Position numbers and translations under genes: made by a program
The notes under the pieces: model-generated
What the model saw: only the letters and a program-made list of their open reading frames with translations
The model's database searches: none
What the model was told of the DNA's origin: nothing
From: Eledone cirrhosa
Lineage: Eukaryota
Direction of reading: 5' to 3'
DNA length: 64,000 nucleotides
NCBI GenBank assembly: GCA_964016885.1
Contig: OZ024743.1
Location: forward strand, 365,180,001-365,244,000
In this document: in pieces, positions 1-12,268 of the stretch
Layout of the letters: every line of letters starts with the position of its first letter
Numbering within the stretch: position 1 is the first letter of the stretch

Positions 1-297
1 CTTCGGTCAGAATGTCTAAGGAAAGAATCGCTGGACAGATTTGATAGGCAAACCCCTCTCTTCTCTTATATTAACATTAGGATGGCTTTATCTGGTTTGT
101 TTTATTAAACTGAAAAAATAGTCAGCAACAAAATAAATGGCGCATATGATATTTGAAAATGCATCATAAACGAACATGACAACATAACCTCAAGAATTTT
201 GTCGGACATTCTACCGACCCTGCCAATCTGCCATCTCTGTTCAGCTACCTCGCTCGGGGCACACACATACAATACCTAGAATATACGCGTGTATTCA

Positions 298-347
<50 letters not shown>

Positions 348-450
348 GTTTGAATATGTGTAATAAGGCCAAAACAATGCAGGTATGGACATAGAAAAAA
401 GAATGCAATAGTAAAAGAATTCGTCTTTCACCTTGAATTTATTTAAATGT

Positions 451-485
451 CCTTAATTTTCGAGATAATATCTCTTCTTCGGAGG
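451..485 (-). ncRNA. Minimal type I hammerhead-like motif in the PLE 3' UTR (U4C, probably decayed)
   Basis: Minus strand: CCT-CCGAAGA-A-GAGATA/T/TATCTC-GAAA-AT-TA-AGG. Confidence 0.6.
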
Positions 486-887
486 GAAATAAAGGTCTCA
501 AACCAGCGTCTTAAATCTCTAGCCAAGCCATGCTGACCGGAAATAGTATAGAGTATCTGTTCTAACTCTAATATCAAAGAATTAAAATTAGGTGGAAAAA
601 GAGTAGTCTCCCTTTAAGAGGGGTTTGTTTAGGGTTTATTTTATTTTTATTTTTTAATTTTTTTAATTTTATATACGTGCCTGTATATGTGTGTGGGAGA
701 AGGTATGTGGGTGTGTGTGTGTGAGTGTGGGAAGATAGGTCTAATCGTAAAAGTGGGAGGTAGGTGTTATCTGGTGTTAGAACTGGTTTTGTGTGTGTAT
801 GTGTGAGAGAGAATAAGTGGAGGTGTAAGCGTGTGTGTGTGCGCGTGCGTGTGTGTGGGGTGTGTAAATATGGAGCTAGAGGCCCTA

Positions 888-2910
888 TCAGGTTATAAAT
901 TGGGTGTTGAGCTCTAGTCTATTATTGATTGGTGGATGTGTTTTATCTATAATAAGTGCTTCCTTAATTCTAAGATTGCCGAGGTTTCTTTCCTTAGTTT
1001 CTATCCTAACTGTTATGTTTTTATCGGTGTTTTTGCATTTAACTAGGTGTTTCTTAAATGAGGAAGCGTTAGTATTGAGGTGTTCTTTTATTCTTATGTG
1101 GAGTGGTCTGGTGGTGCTACCTACGTAGAAGTTGTTGCATTTGTCACACTCTAGTCTGTATACTACGTAAGCCTGGTGGCATAGGTCTGTGTCGTTGATG
1201 GGGAAGTTGGCTAGTCTGCAGCAGTTGTCATGTCTGGTGGAGTGTCTCTTGGCCAGCCGTCCGCGCAGAGAAGGACCCGAATGGGCCAGTTGGATATCCA
1301 GTCCCTCTCGTCTGATGGCTCTGCGGATGGCTGTTGTTGTTTCTTCACTGAAGTGTGGGAGCTTCAGGAAGCAAGTGTTAGTGCCTCGGGTGTGGTGTCC
1401 TCTGTTCTTTCTGGCACGGTTTGTGGTGGATGTCGTGTATCCGTTCAGTTTGAGTACTTCCAGGAAATGTGTGGTGTGTGTGTCTCGGTCTCTGGCGTCG
1501 GTGCATTTGTTCTTGATACGTGCCAGTTCGTTCTTTATGTATCCGAACTTGGCACCGAGTGGGAGGGCCGATCTGAAATGCACGAACAGGTCCCTGCTGG
1601 TGGATTTTTTATAGAAGCAGGTGTGGATGTTGCCTTCCTCTGTTACCCTGAGTTGGAAGTCCAGTAGGGATAGGGATCCGCGGTCATCGGGGTGTTCCAT
1701 GCTGAACTTTATACTGGCGTCCATGCTGGAGAATGTTGTGTATATTTTCTCTGCCTCCTCACGGGATGATGTAAGGATGAGTATGTCATCTACATATCGG
1801 GTGAAGAAGGCATGGGAATGGCAGGTGTTGAGGGCTCGGCATTCTAGCTGGTTCATGTAGGTGATGGCCAGCAGGCCTGAAAGGCTGGATCCCATGGGTA
1901 ATCCTGTTGTCTGTCTGTATGTGTGGTGGTGGAAGGTGAAGTACGTGTTGTCTACTGTGAAGGACAAAAGCTGGTGTATGTCCGTCGGGTGGAGGCCGTA
2001 GCAGTGGATGTTCTCTGCGACCACGCAGTCCGTCAATAAATCGACAGCTGGGTGAGCGGGGACTGTAGTGTAGAGGGAGACAACGTCGAGGCTAAAAGCG
2101 TATTTATTTAGTTTAAGTTGTTCTGGTTGGAGTTGGTGTAGTCTACGTATAACTTCGTCGGAGCTACTGACATGCCCGGGGAAGGTGGAGAGTAGAGGCT
2201 TGAGGACCTGGGAGAGAAGCCAGGAAATTTTGTATAGGGGTCCTTCTATGCTAGAGACGATGGGTCTTATTTGCGTCTTAGTGCTATTCTTGTGGGTCTT
2301 GATGAGGTGGTAGAAAGTGGGCAGTCTGCTATTTCTAGTGGTGTAGTTGAGCTTAACTTTATTCGGGAGTTGTCTTCTCCTACAGATATCGAACCAAATG
2401 GAGTTGGTTTTTTTTTTCGATTTGGGCTGCAGTCATGTCCGGGATCACTGTGTATAATTCACTGTCGCTTAGGTGTTCAAAGGCTAGGTTATTGTATGTG
2501 GCTTGAGAGATGACGCAGAACTCTTTACCTTTGTCGGATGGTAAGTAAATAAGTTCCTTATTCCGTAGGTTCTTCAGGGCGAGTTGTTGTGTCCTGGAGA
2601 GGTTTGGGGCCATCTTCTGTTTCCGTAAGATGTTAAATACGGAATATTTTAGTCTCGAGAGTTTTTCTTCCAGCTCGCGGTTGGCGGGCGGTGGATAGAG
2701 TGGGCGATCTAGTTGGTATATCGGGAATCTGGGTGTGGTGGATTCCGTGGTGTTGTTGTCGAGAGTCGATATCCATTTCAGTTGGTAGGCAGCCCGACAG
2801 AAATTCGTTTCTATGTCGAGCCATAGTCTGTCGTCCAGTCTCTGTTTCAATATGAACTTGGGACCCAGGCTGAGGAGGTCTAATTCCTCTCGGGAGAGGG
2901 ATCCTGTCAA
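888..2910 (-). pseudogene. PLE reverse transcriptase + GIY-YIG endonuclease polyprotein, one frameshift in an A10 run (T10 at 2408-2417 on +)
   Basis: Motifs [86 protein letters not shown]. The 888-2036 ORF stays open upstream to about 2407; removing one A joins it to ORF 2380-2910. Confidence 0.92.
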
Positions 2911-2913
2911 GTG

Positions 2914-3020
<107 letters not shown>

Positions 3021-3026
3021 ATATAT

Positions 3027-3063
<37 letters not shown>

Positions 3064-3067
<4 letters not shown>

Positions 3068-3191
3068 TTAATATAGATGAGATTCTACAGTTCTAGTCCT
3101 GTAGAATCTCATCTATATTACAACTTTTATACTCTGCTATGTATTGAGTACCTTACTTACTGTGGTTACCTCCGATTCAACGCGGAATAAC

Positions 3192-3192
<1 letters not shown>
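3064..3192 (+). mobile_element. Family A mini-element (fold-back at HHR stem III) between (TA)n tracts
   Basis: 22-bp perfect arms 3069-3090/3099-3120 around loop TTCTAGTC; tail TATTGAGTACCTTACTTACTGTGGTT shared with copies at 29670, 30320 (rc), 32761, 32948. Confidence 0.8.
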
Positions 3193-3269
<77 letters not shown>

Positions 3270-3274
<5 letters not shown>

Positions 3275-4073
3275 TATTATATATAGAGTTATAAACTTTT
3301 ACAATTAAATAGCTCAAAGAAAGGAATATTTTTGAACCGTGTAATACAAATGAATATATGATAGGGAGAAACACTGATACAAGTATACATGTGTTTGCAT
3401 TGCAAATGACCAAGTTAGCTAGGTTGAAAAATATTAATTAAAATAATACGGTTTGCCTGTCTCGATTTAAAAATAATAAATCAATAAAAACAAACCTTTA
3501 TTGGCAATAGCCGTGATACCTGGATACATTTAAAATTTTACATTTTAAATTTGTTTCGCAACAATTAAGTGAAAGTTCCTATTTCTGTGCTCTTCTGCAG
3601 GTATCCAGAAATTCGTAAGTTTCACTTCAAAATACTTAAGAAGACTGAGAGAAATGTGTTGTTGAACGCACATGTGTCGCCGCGCCTAGCACATCCTATA
3701 CTCGTGCCGCTAAAAATAGCAGTCGGTTTTATGGGACTAAAAATTAGCTCAACGTATGGAGCCGAGAATATTATATATAGAGTTATAAACTCAAATAGTC
3801 TTTTACAATTAAATAGCTCAATTTCTGGATACCTGCAGAAATAGGAACTTTCACTTAATTGTGCGAAACAAATTTAAAATTTAAAATTAAAAATTTGTCC
3901 AGGTATCACGGCTATTGCCAATATAGGTTTGTTTTTATTGATTTATTATTTTTAAATCGAGACAGGAAAACCGTATTATTTTAATTAGTATTTTTCAACC
4001 TAGCTAACTTGGTCATTTGCAATGCGAACACATGTATACTTATATCAGTGTTTATCCCTATCATATATTCATT

Positions 4074-4078
<5 letters not shown>
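3270..4078. repeat. (TA)n-flanked fold-back element with ~270-bp inverted arms plus an internal direct repeat
   Basis: 3344-3612 is the reverse complement of 3820-4078 with few mismatches; 3275-3317 is repeated directly at 3769-3820. Confidence 0.85.
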
Positions 4079-4110
<32 letters not shown>

Positions 4111-4124
4111 CAAATATATATTAA

Positions 4125-5839
<1,715 letters not shown>

Positions 5840-6628
5840 TTTATTAAAATAACAGATTAAAGATTAAGCAAGGAATCGCTGCTTTCACCTTTAACGGGAT
5901 CTTCTGAAACTAAAAAAGTCAATCTGTGAACGCAGAAGTAAATATTTCGAAAAACGTTGCAACCGGAGGAAAACAGGAAGACGATACTTTGGTTCGTGAA
6001 GACGTCCCCTGGCAATGAACGGAAAAAAGCGAAGATAATACGTCATTATGTGGAGCGAGAAGAAAAAAATACACGCAAAGACAAAACCACGTTTATGGTA
6101 TAAAAGGAGTCATTAGACTAATATTCTATTTAGGAAACCGAATGATTCTCAGCTTCGGAGTTAAGAATAATGTAAATAAATTGGTAGAACGAAAATGACA
6201 GAGGTTATTAAAATCATGAAAGTAATAATAATTAAATATATACATACACACACATCTATATACGTACATACACCTGCATACCCGAAAATACATGCCTTGC
6301 ATATACATGCACGTACACATAAACACGCGCACACGTACATAAACCCGCGCGACACATGTACCTGCACACATACGAACGTATACACCAAATACACATATAC
6401 GAATATGTGTCTTTCTGTTTTCCTTCGGTTGCAACGTTTTTCGAAATATTTACTTTTGCGTTCACAGATTGATTTTTTTTTGGTTTCTGAAGATCCCGTT
6501 AAGGGTGAAAGCAGCGATCCTTTGCTTAAACATTAATCTATTATTTTAATAAATATTTGCTCTAGGGTTCTTATATATTTGATATATATTTATCCTTATC
6601 GAGTCCTGTTTGGATTTTAGTCTTCACA
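5840..6628. repeat. Fold-back element with ~145-bp inverted arms; partial copies at 11318-11465 and 21520-21563
   Basis: 5840-5983 is the reverse complement of 6408-6554; the same terminal sequence occurs next to (TA)n at 11.3 and 21.5 kb. Confidence 0.8.
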
Positions 6629-6791
6629 TTCATTTATCTTATTACTATATATATATATATATATACATACATACAGAGAGAGAGAGGGGGGTGAGAGTGA
6701 GAGAGAGAGGGGGGAGAGAGAGTGAGAGAGTGTGTGTATGTGTGCGTGTGAAATGTATGGATTCCTGAAAACTGTTACCTGAAATGTATCG

Positions 6792-7381
6792 ATTCCTACC
6801 TGAAAACATACATCTGTATGGTTTTTGTGTAAGCATGTGTTCATATATATGAAGAGAATCTCGAAGATATGTAGAGGGAAATTTAATATAAATATAACAA
6901 TCACATTATACATAGAAAATGATGGAACGTTTAAACATGAAAAATATACATATTACAATACTTATGTATAACAGAGATACATTAATAATTGTTATTGTTA
7001 TCAATCAGTGTAAATTACTTCATGACTATATGTCAGAATGCGCAGTATTCATTTCAGATAGAAATTGTCTTAGCTACTGCATATATGTATTATACAGTAG
7101 CTAAGAAAGCTTCTATCTGAAATGAATACTGCGCATTCTGACATATAGTCATGAAGTAATTTACACTGATTGATAACAATAACAATTATTAATGTATCTC
7201 TGTTATACATAAGTATTGTAATATGTATATTTTTCATGTTTTAAACGGTCCATCATTTTCTATGTAGAATGTGATTGTTATATTTATATTAAATTTCCCT
7301 CTGCATATCTTCGAGATTCTCTTCATATATATGAACACATGCCTACACGAAAACCATACAGATGTATGTTTTCAGGTAGGA

Positions 7382-7383
<2 letters not shown>
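6792..7383. repeat. ~590-bp near-perfect palindrome
   Basis: Arms 6792-7079 and 7095-7383 with a 15-nt loop; flanked by microsatellites. Confidence 0.95.
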
Positions 7384-7470
<87 letters not shown>

Positions 7471-7471
<1 letters not shown>

Positions 7472-7851
7472 GAGGGCACCCCCAAAAGTAAGGTCTCCTT
7501 CTGATATTGCAACTTTTCCGTTAAAATCCTGTGGATGGTGCTTCGGAAAACCTCAGGATCCAAAATGCAGAAAGCATCCAGAGTGATCCGCCGATCTTTA
7601 CGCATGTTTTCCTCGGAAGGAGACCTTACTTTTGGGATTGCCCTCTATATAATAACTGCACTTGGCGGTAGGGTTCAACAAGAGCTCCATTCTCAACGGC
7701 TGCCAATCCAAGATTGAGCATCCCAGCGAAGCGCGCGCATGCTTGTTTGGGAGTGAAGGAAGCACCAATCACAACAGTGTTGCCAACAGCCGTACAAACA
7801 GTCTCTCTGATCCCCATCGCGTTGGAGACCTTACTTTTGGGATTACCCTCG
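7471..7851 (-). mobile_element. Deleted mariner (Tc1/mariner) derivative with three TIR copies
   Basis: TA-CGAGGG...AAAAGTAAGGTCTCC TIR at 7471-7498, inverted copies at 7619-7645 and 7824-7851; HTH-region remnant DRRITL...STIHRILTEKL. Confidence 0.8.
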
Positions 7852-8032
7852 TACATGCATATAAATACATATATACCCAAATATATATGCATATATATGT
7901 ATAAATATATATATATATGTTTGTATATATATTTATATATAGATTGGGAGTTACCAATTATACTAGTAAGACCATAATCAGCTAAGAAGTCGATAGTTGG
8001 GGAAATAGAGTGTATGTATAGTCAAAAGTTAG

Positions 8033-8126
8033 TGCCCGACAGCTGAGTTCATGCCTTTTCAACGGCGAATCCATAACTAAAAAGATATTTCGTTTTCAAA
8101 TATGTCCAAGCTGTTTCCTCAGGGTC
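8033..8126 (-). ncRNA. Decayed type I hammerhead with extended stem II (family B) in the inverted pseudo-LTR
   Basis: Minus strand: CC-CTGAGGA-AACAGC...GCCGTT-GAAA-AGGCA/TGAACTC/AGCTG-TC-GGGC; related halves at 8356-8388 and 11075-11168. Confidence 0.55.
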
Positions 8127-8519
8127 GGAGTGTAGGGGTAAGTGGAGAAAAGGGTGTAGTTGTGGGAGGAGGGGGAAGGCGAGAAAGTGAACTACTGCGG
8201 GCTTTGGTCGATAGTCTCATAGTCACGAAGTATCTGTCGTGGTGCCTGTGTCCCGCGTTCCTGGTGCTTTTGTTTACTCCCCCTTAGTTGTGTGAGTGTG
8301 GTGATACAGCACTTGGACATACTAAAAATGATAAATTAATTCAATTATCCACTCACCGTTGAAATGGCGTGAGCTCAGCCATCGGGCACTGATTTTTGTA
8401 TAGACTCTACGTTCCTAAGTATCGTGTACGTAGCTGAATATGTTCTTACTAGTCTAACTAGTAAGTCACAATATATAGCTCCTACCATTGTAGTAGAGCA
8501 CTCTCGGATCATCTTCACA

Positions 8520-9810
8520 TCTCTATCCTGGAATTAAACCCGGCTTAACATTTAATTCTCGCCTTTCCCAGAAACCACAATATGCCAAAAATAAACTATT
8601 AACTTCTCCACGGAGAATATCCCTATACCATCGAGAAAATCTACTCGCGAGCGTTGCTACAAAAAACTGACGCATGCTATGGCGCACATACTTCTTTGAC
8701 ATGATTAAACACAGTCTGGTATCCACTTATAGAAAGTTCAATCCACGAAATTAACGACGACGGACACATCCTCACTTCAAACTACAACATCTTGGACTGA
8801 ACTGAACCTCTAAACCCATGGGAACCGTACTTTACACTTTAGGGCCATAAATCAGACTTCGATAGAAAACCCAACACCCGGCTCATAAATCCAATGAAGT
8901 CCGACATGGGGGGGGGGGTCACTAAAAGAATCTTGGGTAGGATTATACCGAATGTAAAACAACAAGCGAGGCTCAGCCTCTGGAACAATCCACAAGGGTA
9001 TATACACTGGCTTCAAATCATAGACGACAAACCCAACACTAAATTCATACCATTCGACATCGAAAACTGTTACGCCTCCATAACAAACCCTTTCCTGAAG
9101 GTTGCTATAGAATACTACTACACAAATCAGCAACCAGGACATCAACATCATTCTCTACGCTAGGAAGACCGTTCTCCATTACAATAATTCCACCTGGATC
9201 AAGAGGTACCTCAACGTCCTTTTCGAGGTACGCATAGGAGCGACAGACTCGGCAGAGTTAACTAACTTGATCGGATTGTACATCCTCCAGACGATGGGCT
9301 CGTTATCCTCACCGGATATAACCCCAGCAGCATGGATCGATTCTTCTAGGAACTCGGATTTAAAATGACCATACTTACGCCCCTTACATGTATCAACTTC
9401 TTGAATGTAACCTTCAACCCGGAGAACCAACTATTCATTCTGGAAACTTAACGAAACTCTTTACTATCTTCAGGCAATCGAACCATCTGAGGACCATTAC
9501 CAAAACCCTGGTGAAAATCACCTCCCTCCGAATCTCACACTTGTCCGCTAATGAGCGGATTTTTCAGGAACACACACCTCACTGAAATACCGCCTGAGGT
9601 AAAGTAGATTAAATAAGGAACTTACCTACTACTACGTGATAACAATAAGACCTTTAAACTGCAATATAGTCTCTTAAACAAAGGCCAAATCAAACGCTAG
9701 AAGCCGACCCCCGTGTAACCTCTGCTTCGAGGAGACTCTAAACATTTTGTTCTCCAAGGAACAACTGTTCAACAAAAAGAGCGAACTTGTCACTTTCTGC
9801 AAACAGGATT
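8520..9810 (+). pseudogene. Naiad-type PLE RT/GIY-YIG remnant with many stops and frameshifts
   Basis: TRLINPMKSDMG, WLQIIDDKPNTKFIPFDIENCYASI, FEVRIGATDSAELTNLIGLYIL, LFNKKSELVTFCK resemble Naiad-clade RLINP.KS..G / FDI..FYPSI / FDVTMGS.DGAE..ELVGLY / LLNKRSEL...C signatures. Confidence 0.78.
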
Positions 9811-11215
9811 TTCAAGACCTGCCTCTACCTCAGGCCTCTGCTTGATCCTGGTGGGTAAGATCATTAACTACTAGTTTATAGGAACACCCACAGAGATACA
9901 TGTTTCTCCGCCCGCCGGTGGGATACACACACGACTAGCCACGGTAGCAAGCAATTGCGCCCGCTTCGTGCTCACACTACTCGAGTCCAAAAATTTACAA
10001 CACATCCTTAGCACACCTACTGGATAACCACGAGAGCGCACTCGTCTGCAAACACAACACCCATCGGAAACAGCACGAATATACTCTCGGGGCACACAAC
10101 CACTCCAGACATGACCCACACACAGAGCACACAGGCGTGCAGAAGTTGGCTGGGTTGAAACTCTGTGCTTCTGTGTTCGGAGGTGTGTTGGTTTACACGG
10201 AGGTGCGTGCCCATGTGGGGTTGCTTGATTTGGGTTGTTTTTTTTGTGCCTGTTTTTTTTTTGCTATTCGGATGTGCTTGTGTACATGTGGGCGGGTGGT
10301 TGTGTGTGTGTGTGTGTTTGGTTTGCTAGTCTTCCGTGTGTTTGTGCACACGCAACCATAGGCAGAATGGTTAATCAGCTACAACACTACAAAGACGAAT
10401 ACATCGGTATGCACCCAGACTGGAGCAAAACTCACTTGCATATAGTGTTATCACTCACATCAGTAAGCACTCACAACACCTCTTTCCCCTTTAACCCCAC
10501 TTTTTGTACACACACATACATACCAACAGCACCAGACTGAGAGTGTAAGCCACTACCCCAATCTACCAAGATAGTAATAACAGAAGTGCGCACTTTTGGG
10601 CATATATACACACACCACATACGCATGGGGGAGGACAATATACCAATGCAACATAACCTCAACACCTCAACTACACCCCCACAACAATACTAACACGCGT
10701 ACCAAAATAAAAGAATAGGATAGGGAATGAAAGGAGGAGAGGAAGAGATAATGATAACACTTACTACCCTGAACTTGCCCCAACAACTGATTTTTCTGAC
10801 ATAGTTTTTTTTACACTAGCAGTTTCGATCCTTTCCAATTCTAGCCATCGACCATCACATAACCACACAGGCGCAGACGTACATACGCACACACAACTAA
10901 GAGGGGGAAATAATACATAAATCAAAGTACCAGGAGCACGCCTGCGCACATGGATACAGACATCGCAACAGTTCCTTCGCGAATATGGGACTATCAGCTA
11001 TAGATCTCCTTCCAATTGTTCTCTTTATAACCTTCCTCCTCTTCCCACAAATATACATTACTTACCCCACCTCACCCCCGTTGAAAGAGCGCTTGGTCAT
11101 AGCTGGAAAAAAACTTAATTCAATTATCCACTCGCCGTTGAAACAGTATGAGCTCAGCCGCCGGGGACTAACTTTTAACTATATTCATATATATATATAT
11201 ATATATAGTAATAAT

Positions 11216-11307
<92 letters not shown>

Positions 11308-11469
11308 ATAATAATAAATTTGAAGACTAAAATCCAAAGAGGGCTCGATAAGGATAAAAATATATCAAATATATAAGAACCGTAGAGCAAATATTTATTA
11401 AAATAACAGATTAAAGTTTAAGCAAAGAATCGCTGCTTTCACCCTTAACGGGATCTTCTGAAACTTTAA

Positions 11470-11524
<55 letters not shown>

Positions 11525-11849
11525 AAGTGAGTCCTTCATCAGTGACCCTCCAACCGTCCTCGGCATTTCATCGCCTTAAGGGCCATATGCCTCAGGTTGG
11601 TGCGAACAACGGCTAAAAAAAGTCGTTGGGACACGTAAATAAAGGGGGACGCTAGAGTAACAACAAAAAGGGTTTAAGCAACGGAAAGTGAGTAGAAATA
11701 GACAAGTCCCAGATCTCTATGAATATAAACTCTGTGAAATCGTGAACAAGAGACGAAAGACCATCGAACCTGGTAGAAATGTGAGCAAGGAAAGAATTTC
11801 GCCCATGTTTGACGGGGGGAAAAAAGAGAGAGAGAGACAGAGAAAGGAG

Positions 11850-11945
11850 AGAAGAAGAAGAAGAAGAAGAAGAAGAAGAAGAAGAAGAAGAAGAAGAAGA
11901 AGAAGAAGAAGAAGAAGAAGAAGAAGAAGAAGAAGAAGAAGAAGA
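11850..11945. repeat. (GAA)n microsatellite; other large tracts include (CTT)n 44771-44872, (CAT)n-like 18742-18880, (GA)n 46375-46480 and dozens of (TA)n/(CA)n
   Basis: Direct reading. Confidence 0.99.
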
Positions 11946-12025
11946 TAAGGTGGTCTGGTCTGCGAAATCGGTAAACGCAAGTTTTGTGAAGTCACAGACG
12001 AAATATATATATATATATATATATA

Positions 12026-12268
12026 TCAACATACGTTAACCTTGGTCTTCCTCTTCTAGTGTGTCCATGTAGGGGCTCCCAAAGGAGCACTGAGTGCAAT
12101 GTCAACTCTGGATGTCGGTGAGAAGAGGAAGACCAAGGTTAACGCATGTTGATGCGCTAAGGACAGACACTGGTCTGTTGGAGACGCAGGACATGGCAGC
12201 GATAATGAGGGACAGAGACCGATGGAGAGAACTCGTCCATGGATCTCGGGAATTTTACCCGCCTTAGA
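12026..12268 (+). mobile_element. RTE-clade LINE 3' fragment with inverted 5' part, in (TA)n
   Basis: 12121-12268 matches 52140-52279; 12030-12120 is the reverse complement of about 52075-52170. Confidence 0.85.

Larger units (their letters stand above)
345..2913 (-). mobile_element. Penelope-like retroelement (PLE), 5'-truncated, bounded by (TA)n on both sides
   Basis: RT+GIY-YIG ORF at 888-2910, CA-rich 3' UTR, HHR-like motif at 451-485; (TA)n tracts at 302-344 and 2914-3063. Confidence 0.92.
7942..11185 (+). mobile_element. Decayed Naiad-type PLE with direct pseudo-LTRs and an upstream inverted pseudo-LTR
   Basis: 8336-8395 is repeated at 11115-11175; 8100-8300 is a diverged reverse complement of 10885-11100; (TA)n at both ends. 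Confidence 0.75.

Noticed and set aside
2408-2417. Programmed ribosomal frameshift in the PLE ORF
   Set aside because: PLEs use a single ORF; a one-base homopolymer indel or sequencing error is simpler
6484-6525. CTGAAGA-TCCC/GTTAA/GGGT-GAAA as a hammerhead (also 5875-5910 and 11425-11463, and TGAAGA-CGT...GAAA at 5993-6035)
   Set aside because: No stem I partner or properly placed UH; two of three copies read CAGAAGA. It may be a relic but is not supportable
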